64,000 nt of DNA from Bacteroidaceae bacterium (GTDB lineage Bacteria; Bacteroidota; Bacteroidia; Bacteroidales; Bacteroidaceae): contig JAFTVE010000002.1 of NCBI GenBank assembly GCA_017465905.1, positions 14,865 to 78,864 on the forward strand, read 5' to 3'. Positions 37,272-45,901 of this stretch are shown one piece after another. Both the position numbers and the translations under genes were made by a program. The first letter of the stretch is position 1, and the number at the start of each line of letters is the position of its first letter. The notes below the pieces were generated by a model. It saw only the letters and a program-made list of their open reading frames with translations. It had not been told where the DNA came from and did not search any database.

Positions 37272-38239
37272 AAGTCTATTTCGTTTTGGGCCTCTAAGTA
37301 AGGATATTTTTCCTTGAGGCTCACTATTTTTAACAAATTTTGACGCACAAAATCTTGATATTTCTGTGATTTGGGCTGAAAAGGCCGATGGTCGAGTGCT
37401 TTGCGTATTTTCTCCCACTCCGCTATAAAGGCTTGTGCTTGTTTGTCGATGCAGGTGTCGGTAAAGCACTGCCATACGTACTCAACCGCTTGCTCTGAAG
37501 GGTGAGCCATATCTTCGGCATAGAAGCGATAGTCGCGCAATTCGTCTATCACAATCTCATAGGCCGGGAAGTAATAGCAACGTTCGGGATACTTGTTGCA
37601 GAGTTCTTCTGTGGCTATCAGTAACATCGCTTTGCTGAGTTGGTTCTCATGCAGCCCGTCTTTAAGGTGTCGCACCGGACTTACGGTGAATATGACTTTT
37701 AGTTCAGGACGTTGTTGCCAGAGCGCTTCTAATAGCTCGGTATAAGTCTCGGTGATTTGGGATACGGTAAGTCGCTCGCGAATGAAAAATCTGTCAGGTT
37801 GTTTATGGCAATTGCCTACAATCATGTTCGTTGAGGCTAACTTGTAGACCCATGAGGTTCCCCATGTGATAATCAGTACATCTGTCTCCTTGAGAGTCTG
37901 TGAAGCGCAGGAAATGCGGTCGTTGATTCTGCTCAGAGCAGTTGCTCTATCAAGTTGCGAGAAGCGACTATGGTGTAGCCATGTGCTCCATCCTCCGTCG
38001 GGGAATTCTATGAGTTCACTCTCGGTGTACATGTACTGAGCGATGAGCTGTTGTAAAGCTTCGGCGATGGAGAGAGGGTTGTACAGCACGCCGAAAGGAT
38101 TTAAGTCGCAGCGGAACTTCGTTTGGTGTAAACGTTTCCCTATATGTTCTGCAAAGCATGAACCCATAACCATGAGTTTGTCTGCATGGTGGATATGCCA
38201 CTTTGGTGTAGGTATTAGCGTTTTTATTCTGAATTCCAT
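37238..38239 (-). CDS. GSCFA domain-containing protein
   Basis: MGSCFAEHIGKRL motif. Start set at MEFRIK because a -7 box (38263-38270) lies inside the longer ORF. Its 3' end overlaps the murF-alr start by 34 nt. Confidence 0.7.
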   Translation of the reverse strand: MEFRIKTLIPTPKWHIHHADKLMVMGSCFAEHIGKRLHQTKFRCDLNPFGVLYNPLSIAEALQQLIAQYMYTESELIEFPDGGWSTWLHHSRFSQLDRATALSRINDRISCASQTLKETDVLIITWGTSWVYKLASTNMIVGNCHKQPDRFFIRERLTVSQITETYTELLEALWQQRPELKVIFTVSPVRHLKDGLHENQLSKAMLLIATEELCNKYPERCYYFPAYEIVIDELRDYRFYAEDMAHPSEQAVEYVWQCFTDTCIDKQAQAFIAEWEKIRKALDHRPFQPKSQKYQDFVRQNLLKIVSLKEKYPYLEAQNEIDLCHTLLKTSQP

Positions 38240-38262
38240 AAATGCGAAGTAAAAAATATATG

Positions 38263-38270
38263 CAAAAGTA
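38263..38270 (-). promoter_or_regulatory. -7 box TActTTTG for the GSCFA gene
   Basis: Plus strand CAAAAGTA, 24 nt upstream of the ATG at 38239. Back-to-back with the dxs promoter. Confidence 0.5.
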
Positions 38271-38292
38271 AGCATCTTTGGGAGAAATATCG

Positions 38293-38300
38293 TAAATTTG
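38293..38300 (+). promoter_or_regulatory. -7 box TAAATTTG for dxs
   Basis: 21 nt upstream of the ATG at 38321. Confidence 0.5.
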
Positions 38301-38320
38301 TCCAATAATCTTTAATTAAG

Positions 38321-40228
38321 ATGAAGAAAGAAGCGTGTAATAGCATATTAAATACGATAGAGACTCCTGATGATTTGCGTAAACTTAAGCTGAATCAGCT
38401 ACCGAAGTTGTGCGAAGAACTTCGCCAATTTATTATCGATGAGTTGTCCCATAATCCAGGCCATTTTGGCTCTACGCTCGGTGTGATAGAACTGACGGTT
38501 GCATTGCACTATGTGTATAACACGCCAAGTGATCGCTTGGTATGGGATGTAGGCCATCAGGCTTATGCGCATAAGATACTTACGGGTCGAAGAGAACAGT
38601 TCCATACCAATCGTAAGTTTAAGGGCCTGAAGCCTTTCCCTGCACCAGAAGAGAGTGAATATGATACCTTTACCTGCGGACATGCCTCGAACTCTATCTC
38701 GGCAGCGCTCGGCATGGCCATAGCTGCCAAGAAACAGGGCGATGACAAACGTCGCGTAGTGGCTATCATCGGCGATGGCGCCATGAGTGGAGGATTGGCT
38801 TTTGAGGGTCTCAATAATGTGTCGGAGAGTGACAACAACATGCTCATTGTACTCAACGACAACAAAATGTCCATTGACCGCTCGGTGGGCGGATTCAAGA
38901 GATACTTGCTCGGTCTGACGACTACGCGAAGCTACAACAAATTCCGCTATCAGTTTGCAAGGGTACTCAACAAACTTGGGTTCATGAAGGATGGAGGACG
39001 CGAGCGCCTCATTCGCTTCAATAATAGCGTGAAGTCTCTGATTACCAATCAGCAGAATATATTTGAGGGGATGAATATCCGCTACTTCGGTCCTGTCGAC
39101 GGACATGACGTCGTAGAACTTGTTCGCGCATTGCGTACCATAAAGGATATGCGTGGCCCTAAGATGTTGCATATCCACACCGTTAAGGGTAAGGGGTTTG
39201 CGCCAGCCGAAGAGGCTGCTACTGAATGGCATGCTCCGGGACTCTTTGATGCAGAGACGGGCGAGCGTTTTGAGACCTGCGAGGAGGGCAAGCCACCCCG
39301 CTTCCAGGATGTGTTCGGACATACTGTATTGGAGTTGGCTAAGCAGAACAAGAAGATTGTGGGAGTGACACCTGCCATGCCGACTGGATGCTCGCTTAAC
39401 ATAATGATGGAAAAGTTGCCGTGTCGCTGCTTCGATGTTGGTATTGCCGAAGGTCATGCAGTGACATTCTCGGGCGGAATGGCTAAGGACGGACTTGTAC
39501 CCTTCTGCAATATATATTCATCGTTCCTGCAACGTGCCTATGATAATATCATACACGATGTGGCTATAAGCCGACTCAATGTTGTTCTGTGTATCGACCG
39601 TGGAGGTCTTGTAGGTGAAGATGGCCCTACTCATCATGGAGCTTTTGATTTGGCCTTCCTACGTCCTATACCCAACTTGACGATTGCGGCACCTTATGAT
39701 GAGCATGAACTGCGCAAACTGATGTATACAGCTCAGCTTCCCAATATGGGACCGTTCGCTATACGCTATCCTCGTGGCCGAGGTAAATTGGTTGATTGGC
39801 ATTGCCCCTTTGAGGAAGTACCCATTGGTAAAGGACGTAAACTGCGGGATGGCAATGACTTGGCTATTCTCAGTATTGGCTCTATTGGTAATCTTGCTGC
39901 TGAAGCTGTAGAGCGTGTTGCAGCGAAGGGTATCAGTGTGGCTCACTACGACATGCGCTTCTTGAAACCCATCGATGAAGATATCCTGCATGAGGTGGGG
40001 CGCAAGTATAAGCATGTCATTACGCTTGAAAACGGTGTCATTAAAGGTGGACTTGGTAGTGCCGTGCTTGAATTCATGGCCGACAATGGATACAACCCCG
40101 ACGTTCGACGTTTGGGAATACCCGACCAGTTCATTGAACACGGCTCTGTCCCTGAGTTGTGCCGTTTGTGCAACATCGATGTTGAGAGTATTGTAAAGGA
40201 GATCGAGAAGAGGGTGAATGTTGAATGA
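38321..40228 (+). CDS. dxs: 1-deoxy-D-xylulose-5-phosphate synthase
   Basis: [16 protein letters not shown] (TPP motif) and full-length Dxs similarity. -7 box at 38293-38300. Confidence 0.95.
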   Translation: MKKEACNSILNTIETPDDLRKLKLNQLPKLCEELRQFIIDELSHNPGHFGSTLGVIELTVALHYVYNTPSDRLVWDVGHQAYAHKILTGRREQFHTNRKFKGLKPFPAPEESEYDTFTCGHASNSISAALGMAIAAKKQGDDKRRVVAIIGDGAMSGGLAFEGLNNVSESDNNMLIVLNDNKMSIDRSVGGFKRYLLGLTTTRSYNKFRYQFARVLNKLGFMKDGGRERLIRFNNSVKSLITNQQNIFEGMNIRYFGPVDGHDVVELVRALRTIKDMRGPKMLHIHTVKGKGFAPAEEAATEWHAPGLFDAETGERFETCEEGKPPRFQDVFGHTVLELAKQNKKIVGVTPAMPTGCSLNIMMEKLPCRCFDVGIAEGHAVTFSGGMAKDGLVPFCNIYSSFLQRAYDNIIHDVAISRLNVVLCIDRGGLVGEDGPTHHGAFDLAFLRPIPNLTIAAPYDEHELRKLMYTAQLPNMGPFAIRYPRGRGKLVDWHCPFEEVPIGKGRKLRDGNDLAILSIGSIGNLAAEAVERVAAKGISVAHYDMRFLKPIDEDILHEVGRKYKHVITLENGVIKGGLGSAVLEFMADNGYNPDVRRLGIPDQFIEHGSVPELCRLCNIDVESIVKEIEKRVNVE

Positions 40229-40282
40229 TGAGGTCTCCGAATACTCTGAGAACTGTTATGCAATAAAAAATACTACCATACA

Positions 40283-41620
40283 ATGAGAATCATCATCGCT
40301 GGCGCAGGAGCCGTGGGTACACACCTTGCAAAGATGCTTTCCGATGAGCAACATGACATCGTGCTCATGGATGCTGACGAAGAACGTATGGCAAACCTCG
40401 ACTCCAACTTCGACCTCATGACCATCGCTGCCAGCCCCACCTCCATCAGTAGTCTGAAGGATGCGAGTGTCGCCGATGCCGACCTCTTCGTAGCCGTAAC
40501 CCCTGAGGAGAGCACCAACATCACAGCCTGCATGCTCGCCCACTCGCTGGGAGCCAAGAAGACCGTTGCACGTATTGACAACTACGAATATCTGCAACCC
40601 AAGAACAAAGAGTTCTTCAACAATCTAGGTATCGACTCGCTCATCTACCCCGAGATGCTGGCCGCCAAGGAGATTGCCGATGGTCTCCACCTGAGCTGGA
40701 TACGCCAGTGGTGGGAGTTCAGTGGAGGAGCCCTCGTGATGCTTGGCGTAAAGTTACGCGACAATGCGCTGATACTCAATATACCCATTTTTCAAATCAA
40801 GAAGGAACAGCCCTACCATATCGTGGCAATCAAGCGTTCGGGAGAGACCATCATTCCCGGCGGTGACGACATACTGCAGGCTGGTGACCTCGTATACTTT
40901 ATGACTGCTAAGCGCTCGCTCACTTACATTCGCCACATCACTGGCAAGGACGAATACGAATCAGTTCGCAACGTCATGATTATGGGAGGCAGCCGCATAG
41001 CCGTACGCAGTGCCCAGCTCATCAGCGAGGACATGAGCCTCAAGATTATCGAGAGTGACCTCGCCCGCTGTCACTGGCTCACTGAAATGGTGGGCGACAA
41101 CGTCATGGTTATCAACGGTGACGGTCGCGACCACGAGCTCCTCTCCGAAGAGGGTATCGATAACGTGGATGCCTTCGTGGCACTCACCGACAGTGCCGAA
41201 ACCAATATTCTCGCCTGCCTGTCGGCCAAGCGCATGGGTGTATTCAAGACCATTGCCGAGGTGGAGAATATCGACTATATCAGCATGGCCGAAAGTCTCG
41301 ACATAGGTGCTGTTATCAACAAGAAGAAGATTGCTGCCAGCTACATCTATCAACTATTGCTTGATGCCGATGTGGAAAACGTCAAGTGCCTCACCTTTGC
41401 CAATGCCGACGTCGCTGAGTTTGTCGTCAAGGAGGGAGCACGCATCACCCGTTCGCAGGTCAAGGACATCAGCCTACCCAAGGGAGTCACCATCGGTGGA
41501 CTCGTACGCGACGGCGAAGGTATTCTCGTCACCGGTTCCACACAGATACAGCCAGGTGACCACGTAGTGGTCTTCTGCCTTGCTTCCATGATTAAACGTA
41601 TAGAGAAATATTTCAATTGA
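40283..41620 (+). CDS. trkA: Trk potassium uptake protein TrkA
   Basis: MRIIIAGAGAVGTHLA Rossmann motif. Duplicated RCK_N/RCK_C architecture. Confidence 0.9.
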   Translation: MRIIIAGAGAVGTHLAKMLSDEQHDIVLMDADEERMANLDSNFDLMTIAASPTSISSLKDASVADADLFVAVTPEESTNITACMLAHSLGAKKTVARIDNYEYLQPKNKEFFNNLGIDSLIYPEMLAAKEIADGLHLSWIRQWWEFSGGALVMLGVKLRDNALILNIPIFQIKKEQPYHIVAIKRSGETIIPGGDDILQAGDLVYFMTAKRSLTYIRHITGKDEYESVRNVMIMGGSRIAVRSAQLISEDMSLKIIESDLARCHWLTEMVGDNVMVINGDGRDHELLSEEGIDNVDAFVALTDSAETNILACLSAKRMGVFKTIAEVENIDYISMAESLDIGAVINKKKIAASYIYQLLLDADVENVKCLTFANADVAEFVVKEGARITRSQVKDISLPKGVTIGGLVRDGEGILVTGSTQIQPGDHVVVFCLASMIKRIEKYFN

Positions 41621-43071
41621 TACACCTCAAGACCATATCTCGCATCATAGGCACCCTACTGATTCTGTTGGCAGGCATATTCCTGCTGTTCAGTATCGCC
41701 TCGCCGTTCCTCGAAGGCAACGACCTGTTTGGGTTCCTCGTATCGGCACTGGCCACCACCCTTGCCGGACTATGGTGCCTCATCATCGGTAAGGGCAGCA
41801 AGGGGGAGTTCTCGCGCCGCGACAGCTATATCACCATCACGGTCTGCTGGATAGCCTTTGCCCTTTTCGGCAGCCTACCTTATTGGCTGGGCGGACACAT
41901 CCCGAGCTTCACCGATGCCTTCTTTGAGTCCATGTCGGGCTTCACCACTACGGGAGCCTCCATCCTCGACAACATTGAGAGCCAGCCACATGCGCTGCTC
42001 CTCTGGCGCAGCCTTACGCAATGGCTGGGCGGTCTGGGTATCGTGTTCTTCACCGTAGCTATCCTGCCCATGTTCGGCATCGACAAGGTGCAACTCTTTG
42101 CTGCCGAGTCCACGGGCGTAAGCCACCGTAAGGTACACTCACGCGTATCAGTAGGTTCGCGTTGGATATTCGGCATATACATACTGCTCACACTCGTTTG
42201 TACCGTATCGCTCAAGATATGTGGCATGGGATGGTTCGATGCCATCAACCACGCATTTACAGCAACAGGTACAGGCGGATTCTCTACCCGCCAAGCCAGC
42301 ATAGAAGCATTTTCTTCCCCCCTGATAGAATACGTTCTCACCCTGTTCATGTTTCTCAGTGGCATCAACTACACCCTGCTGTACCTGTTGCTGTTCAGAG
42401 GAAAGATACGCGAACTGTATCGTAACACCGAATTCCGCGTATATCTCTTCACAGTCCTGGGCTTCACTCTTGCCATCACCATCGGATTACTAGCCCAAGG
42501 AGATGTGGGCATAGAGAAGGCCTTCCGTTTGTCAATATTTCAGGTAGTATCATTACAGACCACTACAGGCTTTGCCACAACTGACTACATGCTGTGGCCA
42601 CCTTACTTGTGGATGTTACTCAGTTTCGCCATGATTTTCGGCGCCTGTGGCGGGTCATCCACTGGAGCCATGAAGTGCGGCCGCGTGGCCATCCTTGCCA
42701 AGAGCATACGCGGAGAGTTCCGCCGTATTCTTCACCCTAATGCCGTGATACCCGTGCGCATGGACGGCAACCCTATTAGTCAAGACACCCGCGCTACGGT
42801 ACTAACCTTCACTTGCCTCTACTTCCTGCTTATCTTCATCGGGTGGTTTGTTCTCATGATTATGGGACTTGACTTTCTCGAAGCCTATGGCATTTCTGTA
42901 AGTAGCATTAGCAACGTCGGTCCCGCCCTCGGCACCTTTGGACCAGCCTACTCTTGGAGTGCCCTGCCTGCCGCTGCCAAATGGCTGAGCACCCTGCTCA
43001 TGCTCATAGGCCGTCTCGAGCTGTTCACGATTTTGCTGATGTTTACCACCTCCTTCTGGAAGCGTCGTTAA
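41617..43071 (+). CDS. trkH: Trk potassium transporter TrkH
   Basis: Multi-TM protein with TTTGA/TTGFAT selectivity-filter-like repeats. TTG start overlaps the trkA stop. Confidence 0.9.
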   Translation: MIHLKTISRIIGTLLILLAGIFLLFSIASPFLEGNDLFGFLVSALATTLAGLWCLIIGKGSKGEFSRRDSYITITVCWIAFALFGSLPYWLGGHIPSFTDAFFESMSGFTTTGASILDNIESQPHALLLWRSLTQWLGGLGIVFFTVAILPMFGIDKVQLFAAESTGVSHRKVHSRVSVGSRWIFGIYILLTLVCTVSLKICGMGWFDAINHAFTATGTGGFSTRQASIEAFSSPLIEYVLTLFMFLSGINYTLLYLLLFRGKIRELYRNTEFRVYLFTVLGFTLAITIGLLAQGDVGIEKAFRLSIFQVVSLQTTTGFATTDYMLWPPYLWMLLSFAMIFGACGGSSTGAMKCGRVAILAKSIRGEFRRILHPNAVIPVRMDGNPISQDTRATVLTFTCLYFLLIFIGWFVLMIMGLDFLEAYGISVSSISNVGPALGTFGPAYSWSALPAAAKWLSTLLMLIGRLELFTILLMFTTSFWKRR

Positions 43072-43095
43072 TACAATATTAAATTCTGATACTAT

Positions 43096-44763
43096 ATGAA
43101 GAATCTTTTAATCAAAATCTGCTTGTGTGTATTGGCTGTGTGTGGTGTATCTACAGGATATGCCGATGAATATGTGTCAGAGGTATGGTGCGCCGATTTA
43201 GGTAACGGATATTATAAGAATCCAGTCCTGTATGCTGACTACTCCGACCCTGATGCTTGTAGGGTGGGTGATGACTTTTACATGACATCATCAAGCTTTA
43301 ACTGTATTCCAGGTCTACAGATACTTCATTCTAAGGACTTGGTGAATTGGGAAATTGTAAGTGCTGCTGTCCCGTATGCATTGCCTCCGGTAGATGATGT
43401 TGCTCCTCTTCATGGTATGCGTGTGTGGGCTCCCTCCATTCGCCATCATGATGGATGGTTCTATATCTTTTGGGGCGATCCCGATCAAGGAGCTTTTATG
43501 ACCAAGGCGCAGGACGTTGCTGGCCCATGGACCGAGCCGGTATTGGTTAAGGCTGGTAAAGGCATCATTGACACTACTCCGCTATGGGATGATGATGGCC
43601 GTGTATATATGGTGCATGCCTATGCTGGCAGCCGCGCAGGTTTCAAGAGCGTAATCTCTATTTGTGAACTCAATGCCGATGCTACTAAAGCTATCACGCC
43701 CAGTCGTATTATCTTTGACGGACATGGCGAACATCCGACTTGCGAGGGCCCCAAATTCTATAAGCATGATGGCTATTACTATATATTTCATCCTGCAGGT
43801 GGCGTTCAAACAGGCTGGCAGGTGGTGCAACGTTCAAAAAACATCTATGGACCTTATGAGATGAAGGTTACGTTGGCTCAGGGCGATACCGATATTAATG
43901 GTCCCCATCAAGGTGCCTGGGTAGATACTCCTACGGGTGAGCATTGGTTCCTGCATTTTCAGGATGTCGGCGCTTATGGTCGTCTGGTGCATCTGCAACC
44001 CATGACATGGATTGATGGATGGCCTGTGATGGGCGTTGATAAAGATGGTGATGGCTGTGGTGAGCCTGTACTGAAGTATAAGAAGCCGAATGTAGGCAAG
44101 AGCTATCCTATAAATAATCCACGCGAGAGCGATGAGTTCAATGGATATGAACTGGGCAAGCAGTGGCAGTGGCATGCAAACTTCAATGAGAAGTGGCACT
44201 ACTGCGCCGGTCAGAAGGGCGTGTTGCGCCTATTCTCTTATCCTGAACCAGAGGGCGGTAAGAGCCTTTGGGATGTCCCCAATCTGTTGATGCAGAAGCC
44301 TACGGCTCCTAATTTTACGTGTACAACAAAGCTGAACTTCACTACCTCAGACAAGTACCTTGGTGAACGCACTGGCTTGGTGGTTATGGGACTTGATTAT
44401 GCTGCCATCGTCATGGAGAACACGGCTGATGGTTTGGTGCTGAATCAGGTGGTATGTAAGGAGGCCGACAAGGGAAATGTGGAGAAGGTCATTGCATCTG
44501 TGCCTCTGCAGAGTGGTGAGGTGTACCTTCGTGCAAAGTTTATGGATAAGGGCATGCTCGAAAAGAATCCTTTGGATATGAAGGTGATGGTGCAGTTCTC
44601 GTATAGCCTTGACGGGAAAAAGTACAAACCATTAGGCGAGGCGTTTCAGGCTAAAGAGGGTAAATGGATAGGCGCAAAAACGGGTGTCTTCTGTACTCGC
44701 CCTGCAAAGGAACGTGTTGATGGAGGATGGGTAGATGTGGATTTCTTCCGTGTGACGAAGTAG
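43096..44763 (+). CDS. glycoside hydrolase family 43 (beta-xylosidase/arabinofuranosidase type) with C-terminal beta-sandwich domain
   Basis: YKNPVLYADYSDPDACRVGDDFYMTSSSF and EGPKFYKHDGYYYI are typical GH43 blades. Has a signal peptide. Confidence 0.8.
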   Translation: MKNLLIKICLCVLAVCGVSTGYADEYVSEVWCADLGNGYYKNPVLYADYSDPDACRVGDDFYMTSSSFNCIPGLQILHSKDLVNWEIVSAAVPYALPPVDDVAPLHGMRVWAPSIRHHDGWFYIFWGDPDQGAFMTKAQDVAGPWTEPVLVKAGKGIIDTTPLWDDDGRVYMVHAYAGSRAGFKSVISICELNADATKAITPSRIIFDGHGEHPTCEGPKFYKHDGYYYIFHPAGGVQTGWQVVQRSKNIYGPYEMKVTLAQGDTDINGPHQGAWVDTPTGEHWFLHFQDVGAYGRLVHLQPMTWIDGWPVMGVDKDGDGCGEPVLKYKKPNVGKSYPINNPRESDEFNGYELGKQWQWHANFNEKWHYCAGQKGVLRLFSYPEPEGGKSLWDVPNLLMQKPTAPNFTCTTKLNFTTSDKYLGERTGLVVMGLDYAAIVMENTADGLVLNQVVCKEADKGNVEKVIASVPLQSGEVYLRAKFMDKGMLEKNPLDMKVMVQFSYSLDGKKYKPLGEAFQAKEGKWIGAKTGVFCTRPAKERVDGGWVDVDFFRVTK

Positions 44764-44833
44764 TCCTTTCTCAAGAAACAATCCTCTCTTTGAATTGGCA
44801 ATTCATACAAGTCGCGCTATACCTTATATATAT

Positions 44834-44869
44834 AACAACAGCCCCGAAGCCGGGGCTGTTGTTTTTTTG
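44834..44869. terminator. hairpin between convergent GH43 and coiled-coil genes
   Basis: AACAACAGCCCCG-aagc-CGGGGCTGTTGTT followed by TTTTTT on the plus strand. Confidence 0.7.
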
Positions 44870-44891
44870 TGTTTATGTGGGAACTGGCTAC

Positions 44892-45770
44892 TTATTCCAA
44901 TACAAAACTTCGTTCGCCTATCATAACACCATCAGAGAAGAGGTACACGGTATATTCTCCTGCTCCGAGATACTCCTCTACATCCCAGTATACAGTGACG
45001 CTCTGCTCCTCGCCTGTATATTCGATGATTTTCTTGATGCTATATTCAAGTTGGGTGTTCTCATAGGCGAAGGTGTGGGAGGCGCTCTTTGTCAGTATCG
45101 TGCCGTCGGGCTTGGCAATGCGTACATAGATGGTGCGCTCACCGGTAGGTGCGGTGATGTTCTTGACAATGGTAAAGTCAATGGCAAACTTCACCACACC
45201 CTTTACCTTGTCTGTGTCCTTACCTCGTTTGTTGCGTGCATGAATGGTGATACCTGTAGCATCGAGTTGTGAGGCAAGTGTAACCTTGTCGCTAAGGTTC
45301 TTGGCCTCTTCTTGCAATACTTCAACTCGCTTGGTGGCTGCGGCGTATTGGGTACGTACACGCTTGTTCTCTTTACTCAGCTTCTCGTTGGCCTGATTGA
45401 GCGAGTCAATCTGCACGATGTAGCTGCGCATTACGGCACGCACAGTTTTCAGCTCCTTCTTCAGACGAGCTATCTCAGCAGCATTGCTGGCCTTGGTAGC
45501 GCGTAGCTCTTCGAGTAGGCGTTGTGTACGCAACTTTTCACGTTCGAGCTGTGCTACGAGGCTATCGTTTGAGATGAGTATCTGCATTTCGTCATATTGG
45601 GTAGCGAAGGTGCTATACTCATTCTCCATCTCCTGCTTCTCCAGTTCGAAGAGCTGTACCATTTCTTCATTGGCCTTGTTGGCTTGGCTGAGACGAATGC
45701 CCAGGAAGGTCAACGCTCCAACCAATACCATGGCTACAATGATGATTATGCTTAGGATTTTCTTGTTCAT
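44892..45770 (-). CDS. hypothetical membrane-anchored coiled-coil protein
   Basis: N-terminal TM (ILSIIIIVAMVLVGALTFLGI), about 150 aa of heptad-like E/K/L/Q-rich sequence, then a beta-rich C-terminal domain. No family recognised. Confidence 0.5.
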   Translation of the reverse strand: MNKKILSIIIIVAMVLVGALTFLGIRLSQANKANEEMVQLFELEKQEMENEYSTFATQYDEMQILISNDSLVAQLEREKLRTQRLLEELRATKASNAAEIARLKKELKTVRAVMRSYIVQIDSLNQANEKLSKENKRVRTQYAAATKRVEVLQEEAKNLSDKVTLASQLDATGITIHARNKRGKDTDKVKGVVKFAIDFTIVKNITAPTGERTIYVRIAKPDGTILTKSASHTFAYENTQLEYSIKKIIEYTGEEQSVTVYWDVEEYLGAGEYTVYLFSDGVMIGERSFVLE

Positions 45771-45775
45771 CTTTG

Positions 45776-45901
45776 TTATTTACAATTTTACAATTTACTA
45801 TTTACGATTTATTGTGCGATTTAGTTATTTACAATTTCAGCATCGCGAAATTCAAATTGACGAATAATTAAATTGTCAAATCAATTGTAAATTGTAATTG
45901 G
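45776..45901. repeat. about 125-bp imperfect palindrome built from TTACAAT/ATTGTAA words
   Basis: Left half has TTTACAATTTTACAATTTACTATTTACGATTT...; right half has ...AAATTGTCAAATCAATTGTAAATTGTAATTGG. Centre AATTTCagcatcgcGAAATT. Confidence 0.75.
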
